A stretch of 64,000 nt of DNA from Haliotis rufescens. Its lineage: Eukaryota. A model generated the notes under the pieces. That model ran no database searches. It was not told the origin of the DNA and worked only from the letters and a program-made list of their open reading frames with translations. The number at the start of each line of letters is the position of its first letter. Positions within the stretch are counted from its first letter, which is position 1. A program made the translations under genes and the position numbers. Shown one piece after another: positions 1 to 10,240 of this stretch. The stretch spans positions 9,920,001-9,984,000 of the forward strand of contig NW_025963891.1 of assembly GCF_023055435.1 (NCBI RefSeq), written 5' to 3'.

Positions 1-65
1 ATGAAATATTCTTACATTATTACACATGACACGGTTAACTTCAGTGTGTATTTTTGGTATTGCAG

Positions 66-155
66 ATGCTGACAATGCTGCCTCTCGATCCTTCAGCGCA
101 CACGAACAACGTCACGTGTAAAACATTGTCAATAAAACTTTGCATTTGACCAGAG
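66..155 (+). other. 3'-UTR exon of a further gene copy upstream of the window
   Basis: Same acceptor (ends at 65), exon sequence and AATAAA (131-136) as at 10151. Confidence 0.6.
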
Positions 156-1269
156 TACTGTTGTTTCTTGGACGGTTTATGTGAGATATGGAGATCATTT
201 GTTGAACCTGTGTCATATAATAGGCACGTGAAAATTATTTAGCAATCGAATCCTAGTGGAACGCCATTTATCACACCATACATAACATAGACTCTCGACA
301 GTCAAGAACGCAAAGAAATTGGTCCAGGCTGGTCAACTGATGATCAAATGAAACTACTTTAACACGTTTTTCTATTATCGTTCTATTTTGAGGATAGAGG
401 AAGGGAGTTGGGTTTGGTTTGTCCAAGGAACGGAACTCTGCACGGCGAATAGCGGCGCCTCAGACGACTGAACCAATCGCATCCTCATCCTTGAGGATAG
501 ACCATTATGCGGTGAACTAAATACTCAGAATCAGACATTATACGATTAAATGAGGAGACACATGTATACAGGATCAAGACAAATGGACATAATAAGTTGT
601 CACCAGTTAATTCCTGAAACAAATTGAAATAAAACGGTTATTGGCAAATGAACCCATTACGATTACTATTTTCAACAGATATCCTAAGAAGATAAACAGA
701 ACGAAGCTATCGCGTGTACAGCAAAGAGTGAGTGAGTTTAGGTTAACGCCTCTTTGAACAGTACGTCAGTTTCATCAGCACTCGTGACGGGTGCTATAAT
801 GCTATGTCACACATGGGTGCTCTTGAATATTAATACTCTCTTTTGATTAATTGAAATTATATTCACTGCTCCACGGCTCAGTCATATATATCCGCTTCAC
901 CCACGGGCACTTTACCGGGGATCATGTAAATGTACAGTGACAAAGACAATAAGGAGACATGTAAGGTTCAACCATTTCATTGCATGGTACAAGTGACGGG
1001 TAATCGTGACCTAGTGTCGCACGGGATATGATGTGGTAGTGCATGGTTGCCTAGCATTGGACAATAAGTGAAGGAAACATTACATTCCTTAGAACTATTA
1101 TCAGATGGATACCAGACCTATCCTTCATTTGAATGGTTAAAGCTTCACCAACGTTACAAACTTTTAACTCAGAACTTATCAACTTGAAATATTTGAATAA
1201 ACTTTAATTTTAAAGTCTCTGCAATGAGCATGACCTTTCACGGGGCACAAAGTGCTCTTGTCTCACAAG

Positions 1270-1453
1270 GTAAGAGATTCAGTCTAACTAGTGGTCTGGT
1301 GACTCTCTTGGAACATCTCCTTTCAGTCTCTTCACATTCCTGCTGTAGTACAGTAGGTCTGGTATTCATCTCGTCAGGCACTGATAATGATGTACTCGTA
1401 GTGTCTTGATGGTCATCTGGCTTCCACTGCTCAGTTGTCTTGTTGCTGGACAT
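1270..1453 (-). mobile_element. Possible LTR-retrotransposon pol C-terminal relic
   Basis: RRCSKRVTRPLVRLNL, preceded by an S/T/P/E-rich spacer, resembles the RRSxRxxxPPxRL tail of Gypsy integrases. No other support. Confidence 0.3.
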
Positions 1454-1511
1454 TACTGAATCTCACTTACAGTCACGGTATCTGCCGTCCTAGTAGTTTC
1501 CTCCCACATAT

Positions 1512-1677
1512 GAGTGAGTGAGGAATGAGTATGGTTTTACGCCACTTCTACATTGCAACAATATCACGAAAGGGACACCGGAACATGGGCTTCATGCATT
1601 GTACTCAGGTGGGAATAAAACCCGGGTGTTTGCCGTGACGAACTAACACTTTTACAACTAGGCTACCTCATCGTCCC
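1512..1677 (-). mobile_element. Older copy of the same tRNA-derived SINE (units 1-4 and 6)
   Basis: GTGAGTGAG...TGGTTTTACGCC...CAATATCACG...ACCCGGG...CGTGACGA...ACTAGGCTACCTCA aligns by eye to 5918-6081. Confidence 0.75.
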
Positions 1678-1834
1678 TGTGATGTGCAGTACTACAGTAT
1701 ATTTGTTTTGTTTATATTTAATTCACTTACTTTATTTGAATGTTCATCTGGAATATAATTATATATTAATCATAAAATATCGTAAAATATCACTGACATT
1801 AAATGTTTGGAGAATTGACAATACCTGAAGTTGA

Positions 1835-2385
1835 TGTCATAATGCGTTATCACCCAAATAGATGTTATCCCACACCAGGGTGGTGAACACATTGCCGCGA
1901 AATCCATAGGGAACATCGGTTTCATGCTGTAATTTTGTTTTGTCGTCAAAGCCGTATCAAGAGTCACCGAGTAGGAAACGCCGTGTCCTAACGAGTTGAG
2001 TAGCTGCTGTAATTTGGTAGACCCTTTAATGTGTCTTTAGGGCCACACCTAAAGCAAAGTGTTTTCGCATCAGCTTTCCACCACAGAGAAAAGACGAATT
2101 ATGTCTTGTGAAAGAGAAAGTATTTTTCTGGTTGTTATTTCCTTTTATTTCCACCAACTGCCGTTCTTTTAATACTTTTCTCAATTATCTAAATACGAAA
2201 ATTTCTTGAAGGCTTTAATGCGAGATGTTCAGATTATATACACATTTAGAGTACTGTTTATAACATGACGCATGGTACCGCATTTCTGTACATACTGGGT
2301 CCGAGTACCAAATACGGGTCTCTTGTTTTCTCTTCAAGGATCAATTTTTGTTTTGATCGCCTTCATACATTTTGTCCTGTCCATT
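1835..2385 (-). pseudogene. Academ-type DNA transposase remnant A (also in units 2, 3, 4, 6; deleted in unit 5)
   Basis: Minus-strand translation across frameshifts gives RYHASCYKQY (2280-2251), ILSLSQDII (~2123-2097), KHFALGVAL/RHIKGSTKLQQLLNSLGHGVSYS (~2064-1968), DTAL and FTTLVWDNI (1887-1861). I recognise this motif order from Academ transposases (not searched). Confidence 0.75.
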
Positions 2386-2395
2386 TTGTGACCTA

Positions 2396-4265
2396 GATCA
2401 GAAGATGTTTTGGACTTTAAATCGACGTGGGAACCAATTGCATGCCTTGAAGCAGAAGGTGTGCAAACAAGAAATGCCCAAGAAATCTGTACCATAATGC
2501 CAAACCATATGAAACAGGTATCAAGCGACCAAGATGAGCTTCACTTTGATCAAGAGGTTAGGAAGCACATTGAGGGACACGTGGAAAGGATACGTTTGGA
2601 CATACAGGGCACTGACCAGTCATCAGTTGATCTTCTAACAAGTCCAGGGAAAAAAACATCAATTTGCAAAACCCCAAAACGCAAACAAGGCTGCTGGTAT
2701 GGACAACATGTTTTTGAACATCTTCGATATGGTGGAAAATACCTTACAAAGTGCTTGTCAGAACTCTTTAACCTCGTTATTACATCTGGATACATTCCTG
2801 CCCAATGGAAAAGAGGCACTATCATACCGATATTCAAAGGAGGCAACATGTCTCGCGTGTTACCGGATTCCTATCGAGGGGTAACCCTATTGCCGGTTAT
2901 ATACAAGGTATTTGAAGTCATTGTAAGTAGTAGAATCCAACAGCTCACCAACAGTGAATCCTTTCCATGTATACAACAACGTGGTTTCTAGAAAGGCCTT
3001 TTCTCCAGTGACACCTCCTTAATTGTACAAGAATCAATACTTCATAAAGAACGATCGGACGCCATCAACTTAGCCTTCTTAGACAGTTCAAAAGCGTTTG
3101 ACGCAGTATTACACCAAAGACTTTTATACAAGCTGTATCATCTTGGAATCCCAGATGCACTGTGGGGGATATTTGACAAAAGATACAAGTTCATCGAGAG
3201 CAGCGTCCTTGTTAATAACACAAGATCATACTGGTTTCCGTTATCAAGAGGTGTTCGGCAAGGAAGCGTCCTGTCGGCAAAACTCTACCTGCTATACATA
3301 GATGAACTGTGAGAGAAACTGTCCACCAGCAAACTTGGTGCAGTGATCTTGAATATCCATGTAATGGCACCCACTCAAGCGGACGATATAGCAATTATTA
3401 GTCCAGTATCAGCAAATCTGCAGAAGATGATGACCATATGTGAAAGATATAGTTCAGACTGGCGGTTCTCTTTTTATCTCCTTCCAAGAGCCAGATAGTC
3501 AGATATAGTGACAGAAAAGCAGCTGCTTCTAGTGTTGTACTCGTATCTCCATGTATATACATAAGTGTTCATTCACAAGTATGGGCTTTGTCCCAGACAT
3601 ATGTCGCATCCTCCACAAGTATTCATTATACTGTCACCTGGAGGCATTTCTTAGTTCCAGTACATCCCTGGAGCGGAAGATATGGAAAAGGACAGTCAAA
3701 GAAGCCGTGAATACTTTTGAAGTACCAGCATGGCGGGAAAGACTTTCATCAGAAACTGACACTGTGCACTTTGAGAGTATTCACACGTGGCGAGGAGGAT
3801 AGCTCGAGAGTGTCCTGAGCTAAAGTCAGCTGCCTGTTTTGCTGTCCACATTTGTGCGATGTGGAGACCGGGGAAATTACATGGTATCTGTTCACAGTGT
3901 GGTATTAACTACCATGACTTACTGACTCACGTACGGTGCCACTGTGTGAGTAAGAGAACAATAAGAGAGAACTTATGGTGTGACATTGTGTGTATAGGAC
4001 CCGTTGACATCAGCGTTGAACTCCACAACAAATCAGGTTATGTTTGCTGTCCTGTAAGCCACCTTTGGATACTGATCCAGATACCAGTGGCTCTTACTCA
4101 CGAAGTGAAATTCGAGGACTATACCGCTTTCATTATATGGACGGAATTTACTAACAAAATACGTTACCACAGTGGTATATGGTGGTATTCTCTGACAATG
4201 TAATAATTTTCATGTAATTATCTTTAATATTATACCTTGTTACTCTCCTATGGAGGAATAAAAGT
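2396..4265 (+). mobile_element. 5'-truncated, degenerate non-LTR retrotransposon (LINE, CR1/L2-group-like RT), unit 1
   Basis: RT motifs across frameshifts and stops: KAAGMD, WKRGTIIPIFKGG, PDSYRGVTLLPVIYKVFE, QQRGF, AFLDSSKAFDAV, GVRQGSVLS, TQADD. C-terminal CxxC-x8-H-x4-C knuckle. 3' hairpin CTCC-TAT-GGAG followed by AATAAA (4245-4262). Carries a 442-bp internal deletion at ~3540. Confidence 0.9.
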
Positions 4266-4269
4266 GTAT

Positions 4270-4900
4270 ATAAAAGTACTTCTCCCTTTCTTTTAATACT
4301 TTTAATAACCTCTGCACAAAGTTTCTTGGAGGCTTTCATGCGAGGAATTCAGATTATATACACATTTAGAGTACTGTTTTATAACATGACGCATGGTACC
4401 GCGCTTCTGTACATGCTGGGTCCGAGTTCCCAATCTGTAATAAAATCTGGTCATCTCCTTTCAGTCGTGCATCCTGTAAAGATTTGTCAGCATTTGTATC
4501 ACATCTGATAAGGGTCTCTTGTTTTGTCTTCAAGGATGTTTCATCAACAATAACTTTAGTCTTTTTAATGATGACACACTCCTCAGGAAGTATATGATTT
4601 GATCGCCTTCATACTTTTTGTCCTGAGTTATTTTGGATCTAAGAACAATCCTTGTCATTTTAAGGGATGGTTAAGAGGTTGATACATCTGTATCTCCATG
4701 TTGAGGGGATGGTTCACAGGTAAACACATCTGCCTCTCCATCAACATGTCGTAAACACACCGGACACCATGAACTGTACGTTCCATAAACCGTCGATTGC
4801 AGTAGCGGCGATAAATTGCGTGTCACTGCACTTGGACGGCGTAAGACTTTGATTATACAAAGAAGGTATAAGACGCCGTTCCCAGGCGAAACTATAATGT
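4270..4900 (-). pseudogene. Academ-type DNA transposase remnant B (N-terminal region; units 1-5)
   Basis: Minus strand reads EECVIIKK...ETLIRCDT...LKGDDQILLQIGNSD..CTEARYHASCYK (~4408-4377), then KKLCAEVIKSIKRKGEV. It is a diverged direct repeat of 2170-2385. Confidence 0.7.
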
Positions 4901-5917
4901 GTATGTCACCAGGATATAGTTCGAATGTTGCCGATTGCTTCCTAATCAATAAAATAAAATAAAATCTACTAAAAATGTACTGGCATAAACAATTCAGAAA
5001 CAACAAATACAGAACCCACCTAGATGAAACACATCAAACCATAATACACAAAATGCCATGTCTATTTGGAATTAATTAAAACACAAATGATTACATGCAA
5101 CTGAATTGTTAAGGCAATGGAAACTAAACACTCACTTATGTGGTAATTAATCAGGTGTGAAACTGGAAAGTAAAGTTGATAAATGAACAATTCAAACGCC
5201 TTCCATACATCAGTTTGACGTGTTTCACATATCATTTACAATCTAATCAACTCGGTTCTCGTTATCTACCCATCCAGAATAATAGGTTCACCACACAATG
5301 AGTTATCGGTTGAATAAATAAGAGCACTCTTTTGCATGCAGTGTGCGTACATTATGCTGTTTGATAAAATCTTGTATATCGCATGAGTATAATTACTACA
5401 TATTCTTTGTTTGGTTCAAATACAAATCTGAAGACAAAATTATCAAAATGAAAACGTTCGTACTCATGATCATCGGATGCTGGCTTCCCTAAGGGGCGTA
5501 ACTCTTGACTGCCAATTACGGAACAATAGGCGACTGCACCCATATCTCCCTCCATGTCATATATTACAGAAATTTATAATCTTACAGATACTAAGAACGA
5601 CCACCTTTGTATTGACTGTATTTGTATAAACTGCCGGATAAAGAAAGTATACACTTGACAAGGGATTTTGACAACCGTTGTCAAAAGGTTACCAAGCTGA
5701 AAACAGTCGCCGAAACACTGCAAAACTTAAGGTATAAATCTATGAAATACATCACCATCGAATAATCATTTTTTGCTTGTTTCAATTTTAGCAACAATAA
5801 GAAATGTGTTTACGCTTTCTTTTGCCCGAAAGTTTACATCTCTTGACAAATTCTCAAGAAGAATACATGCAAGCGTTATAGGAAAGACGTTTCTGTTTAT
5901 CACCTGACTTTTGGAGA

Positions 5918-6081
5918 GTGAGTGAGAGAGTGGGTGAATTTGGTTTTACGCCGCTTTTAGCAATATTCAAGCAATATCACGGCGGGGGACACCAGAAATG
6001 GACTTCATCCATGTGAAGAATGGAACCCGGGTCTTCGGCGTGACGAGCGAACGCTTTATCAACTAGGCTACCTCACCGCCC
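5918..6081 (-). mobile_element. tRNA-derived SINE with target-site duplication (also ~16179, 26223, 36690, 52895)
   Basis: Minus-strand head GGGCGGTGAGGTAGCCTAGT...GCGTTCGCTCGTCACGCCGAAGACCCGGGTTCCATTC, with A/B-box-like motifs and an (ACTC)n-like tail. Flanked by a ~14-16-bp direct repeat CTGACT(T/C)TTG(G/T)AGA. Confidence 0.8.
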
Positions 6082-6423
6082 AACTGACTCTTGTAGAATT
6101 GGCAATGTCAGATAATTGACATAGTTTTGTAATCATGTAGATGCAAAACAAATTCAGTCAGTTGTTGACTAGTTACGACTCTTGAGTTCTTTCATCATGT
6201 CAGTTGATTGTAGGGTGTATCACCATGGTCAACAGTAGGTGGCAAAGAGATCTAATCGAGAGAGATATCAAAAACAGGTTATTTTATTAAGAACGCGACA
6301 ATTATTGTTTCAACATGTGTAGGTTTCAAACAGAGAATATTCGTTAAGAACAGGACATCTGTCTGAATCGTCTAGTTGAATTAGTTTGCTGTTAATTAAA
6401 GCCATCCTACTGTGCGCTGTGAT

Positions 6424-6493
6424 TGACTAAGTCACCAACTATGAAGAGTCGGAACATATATAAAGCTTTACATTTAAACACATCACAACAGTT
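6424..6493 (+). promoter_or_regulatory. Core promoter of the saposin-like gene (repeated upstream of every copy)
   Basis: TATATAAA at 6457-6464, an Inr-like ACAGTT about 30 nt downstream (6488-6493), and the palindrome TGACTAAGTCA at 6424-6434. All are conserved in the five copies. Confidence 0.65.
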
Positions 6494-6514
6494 GAATTTC
6501 TCAGCTTCAAGACA

Positions 6515-9282
6515 ATGAAGACTTTTTTCGCATTTGTAGTCGCTGTTGTAGCAAGCCAAGGTGAGTGTTTTAAATGACCATGCCTTCTTACTATCCACTT
6601 CTCAGTAGATACGATGGACGTGGCTAAGGCGCAGCAATATGATATTTACGGAAATCCAATTATATGCATTAATTTTTTTTCTGATGTGTTCGAATGTAAA
6701 CATATTTACATTAATTATTTTTTGACTAAAGTTGACGCGTTGACGTTTTATATTTACATGTTTTCAGCTATGGCCCTGTCGATACAGGATGGAAATGATG
6801 AGTGCGCTCATTGCATCGCTTTCATTACTGATCGCCAGGAGATGGAACTCGAATCGATTGTACGTAAATAATACTGACTGTATCCCATGATGGTTCGTAA
6901 AAATCGTCCTATTTCCAAACGTGCCCACTAACATATACGTACATGTTTAGAACATTATCTTTTTGATTATACACTAATGGTTTATACCCCTACCCTCAAT
7001 ATAATACTTAAAGTAATGGGACCAGTCAACCAAGTGTTCGTTTCGGAATCTACTTCTGAATTTTCCAATTTCCCAAAATAAATGGGATCTGTCCAGTCTT
7101 TGGTAGAATATTGTACTGAACCCTACTCTCATATATTTATCAGTATTCTATCTACTACACATAGATCTATTACTACATATATTTAAAGATAAGTTTACCC
7201 CAGAACGTAAGGAGGTAAACATGTCACAAATACACTCATGTCTCTTCTCCAGATCTATTGTACTGAGTTTTTATATAACATGTGTTTCAGGAAGAACAGG
7301 AAGCAAAAATGAACAACGTCTGTTCTTCAATGGAACCCAGCAAGGTGGAAGAGGTGAGATAAATAATAGTTCTCAATAGTAAACAAACGGATTTCATAAA
7401 CAACAAGATCAGATGTTTCATTGCAAAGAGCAATGTACTGAATATATCACAAGGTAGATAATTAAAAAGGTACAATAATCTATATTCATAGCAAACTGTG
7501 TTGATCCTTAACGCTGTGAATTAGATAAACTAATATTCTTGAGGCTAATATTATAAAAACGCGTATTTGCAGTGTAAGACAAAAGTGCAGAAAATATGCC
7601 AGAAGAAGAAGGACAAAGTCAACAGTCAGGTAACTGTTAATTTTTACATCATCAGAAATCCTGCTCCAATCAATGGACTTATCATGAAGCACAAGATTGC
7701 GTCAGCTTACACTTGCATATACTGACATCATGAAAAAGGTGATTGATGCAAAAAGTTCAGGAATGTACCAATCAGATGGAATTTAGATACCCGGGGAAAG
7801 AGATGGAAAACTCTATATCAGCATTTCAGCTTACGTTTCCTTTATCAGAATTATAACCTTTACCATGTTTTCACTGAGTTACACAAAATGCTCAGGATTG
7901 GACTATGATTTTACCCTTTAACTCTATAATTATTATTGTACACTGCAAGTAAGCAAAAGGATTTGGTTTTACAACATATCATGTAATTGTGTTCACCTTC
8001 ACAGAGCCCAGAAGCCATCTGTAAAGCCACCAAGTACTGCCCGTCGCTTGATACCGCCAACATGAACACACCTACAAACAAGGCAAGATTAATACCTAGT
8101 ACCAGTCCTCTAGTCAACAGGTTTAGTGAGTATAACTCATCAAACTTACACACAATCAAATGAATGTCTTAACGTGTTCATGATTTGTACAATTTACTGG
8201 GTTAGAAAGTAGGTTCTACTTTCGTCACACTTATTGTGCTGCAATATTAGTGTTACATTGGTTACAAACGAAAGTTTAAAAACTGTAGGCATAATGATGC
8301 ATTCAATTTGTCATTTCATGTTTCGTAGGTTCAAGGGAGAGGGCGATGCAAGGACTGCAAGAACTTTCTAAAAGACGTCAAAGAAAGGCAAATGGTCACT
8401 GTTGTGAGTGACAAATATTTAGAAGGTTTAATCACTCCTATGTTGGTCTGGCACATTTACATTATTTCCCAAACTACATAAAACATGTACCATCTTGTTT
8501 TAAGTAAAATAACTAATCGTACACGTTGATGTAATGCAATCATAACATCATGACAACGTGTAGTTAAAAACGTTTCTTTTACAGGCCTCTGTAAAGGAAC
8601 TGATCGAAACCATGTTCTGTGAAAAGCTCAGCGAAGACCGCCAGGAACAGGTGTGTATATAGTTATCCAATCATTGTTCAGTTTTCTGATTATGATATAA
8701 ATTCAGTAGTTCTTTCCTTATTGTAGTCCTAGACAATCCATGTGTTTGACACCATGAGTATCGGATACAATGACGTGCACCATTCAAGTCAGCTAGCCTG
8801 ACCATCTGATCCCGTAGGTCGCCCCTAATATTGTGTTACAGTTAATTTCATAATCAGTCATGATATATATTCTTATTTCATTATATAATGTGTGTATGTA
8901 TACAATTTCACGTTCATCTAATTATGTTTGAGCATTCTGTGTACTCTGTTTCAGTGTGCTGACTTTCTAGATGCAGCAATCGAAATGGAAATCGAGCTAC
9001 TAGATTTGGTGGTAAGTAAATGTTGGATGTATAAGTGAGATACTCATTGTTTTGATATTTACATAAACTTACACTTTACAGCCATATATGTCGATTTCTT
9101 AAGACATATCCATTAAGGACACTTATCAATATGTATGATCGGAATGAAGTATAAAACCTGGATAGTAAGAGTTAAAAGACTACTGTTTATTTAATTAAAA
9201 CTATGTAAAAGAATGGAACTTTTGTTTATTACAGAATGTTAAAACGTCATGCAAACTACTTGGTATGTGTGGTGCCAACTAG
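6515..9282 (+). CDS. Secreted two-domain saposin-like (SAPLIP) protein, copy 1 (9 coding exons, 193 aa)
   Basis: Exons 6515-6560, 6768-6859, 7291-7353, 7573-7629, 8005-8082, 8329-8403, 8585-8650, 8955-9011, 9235-9282 (TAG). All introns are GT-AG except intron 5 (GC-AG). Product: MKTFFAFVVAVVASQAMALSIQDGNDECAHCIAFITDRQEMELESIEEQEAKMNNVCSSMEPSKVEECKTKVQKICQKKKDKVNSQSPEAICKATKYCPSLDTANMNTPTNKVQGRGRCKDCKNFLKDVKERQMVTVASVKELIETMFCEKLSEDRQEQCADFLDAAIEMEIELLDLVNVKTSCKLLGMCGAN. It has a hydrophobic signal peptide and two C-x2-C...C-x10-C...C-x5-C saposin-B cysteine arrays. Confidence 0.9.
8725..8826 (-). mobile_element. SINE fragment in intron 7 (each unit)
   Basis: The reverse complement GGGCGACCTACGGGATCAGATGGTCAGGCTAGCTGACTTGA resembles ~45003-45110. 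Confidence 0.6.
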
Positions 9283-9319
9283 TTGTAAGGTGAGTTGTAT
9301 TGAACGTGATATAGGCGAG

Positions 9320-9500
9320 GTAAGGTGAAGTGAGGCGGGATGAGTTTTAACATCGCGTTCAAGATTATTGCACTCCATGTGGCGGCTTGTTCTCGTCCGG
9401 ACTTTATAGTGCTTGCTCACTGAGATGCCATGTCGCAGTTTCACATAGAAACCCCACTCTGACACATTATACTCAGACACCGAGCCGGCCAGTGCTTGTT
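9320..9500 (-). mobile_element. Probable SINE fragment (central-domain-like) in intron 9
   Basis: The minus strand ACTGGCCGGCTCGGTGTCTGAGTATAATGTGTCAGAGTGGGG resembles a conserved SINE central domain (V-domain-like, from recall). Confidence 0.45.
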
Positions 9501-9854
9501 GATGGTTGATGTTGCGCTAAAGCACACACGGATGCTTTTGAACATTGCTACTCTCCTTTTACAAATTGAAATTATATACTGTTTCGTGTTGATTCCCAAA
9601 TTGAAATAGTATGTTAATCCAGAAGTCTGAACGTAAAAGAACTTCGTGTGAAACCAACAAACAACCAGCATGTTGTATACAATCAACAAATGAATTACAA
9701 AAATTAACTGGGTTTACAAATCAGGACAAATTACTCCACATTAATTACAATGGCGCCTCGGGCAGACGCCCTGTCCAATACACCATGGAGGTTTTCCTTC
9801 TGTCTACGCAATAGTTACACCGCTGTCTGAGGAACAAGTTTCGGTTGGAACTAT

Positions 9855-10050
9855 TGACTGTTTGTTTCGTTTACTTCAACGCCACAATCAGCACTATTCC
9901 AGCTATATGAAGGCCTGTCTGAACCAGACACGCAATCAGCCAAATTACCGAGTCTGGCCACTCGACCCATTAAGTCGCCTCTAACGACCAGCATAGGTTG
10001 ATTGGGAGAAATACTTACTCTGGACCAACTGTCTTCTGCTCCCCGGACGG
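9855..10050 (-). mobile_element. Diverged SINE in intron 9 (each unit)
   Basis: The reverse complement resembles 44939-45192 (ATGCTGGTCGTTAGAGGCGACT...CATATAGCTGGAATAGTGCTGATTGTGGCGTT). Confidence 0.65.
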
Positions 10051-10150
10051 ATGCTCTGTCCACTTTACTGATGACTAGTCATGATATGAAATATTCTTAC
10101 ATTATTACACATGACACGGTTAACTTCAGTGTGTATTTTTGGTATTGCAG

Positions 10151-10240
10151 ATGCTGACAATGCTGCCTCTCGATCCTTCATCGCCCACGAACAACGTCAC
10201 GTGTAATTTATTGTCAATAAAACTTTGCATTTGACCAGAG
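10151..10240 (+). other. Non-coding terminal (3'-UTR) exon with polyadenylation signal, copy 1 (also at 20370, 30459, 48438, 57036)
   Basis: Strong donor AAG|GTGAGT at 9289/9290, 7 nt after the stop codon. Acceptor TTTTTGGTATTGCAG ends at 10150. AATAAA at 10216-10221. The exon end is approximate. Confidence 0.6.

Noticed and set aside
2410-4203. Functional reverse transcriptase, retron or DGR-like system
   Set aside because: It is a eukaryotic LINE RT with stops and frameshifts shared by all units and no endonuclease. It decayed before amplification.
2170-4625. LTR retrotransposon defined by direct repeats around an RT
   Set aside because: The repeats lack TG...CA ends, PBS and PPT, and encode transposase motifs on the minus strand. 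The RT is non-LTR type.
5990-6081. tRNA gene (Asp-like, GTC) on the minus strand
   Set aside because: It has no proper acceptor stem, continues into a SINE body with a simple-repeat tail and TSD, and occurs as several decayed copies.
7287-8159. Repeated minus-strand hydrophobic ORFs (62-82 aa) as membrane proteins
   Set aside because: They are antisense shadows of exons 3-5 and AT-rich introns. They recur only because the unit is duplicated.
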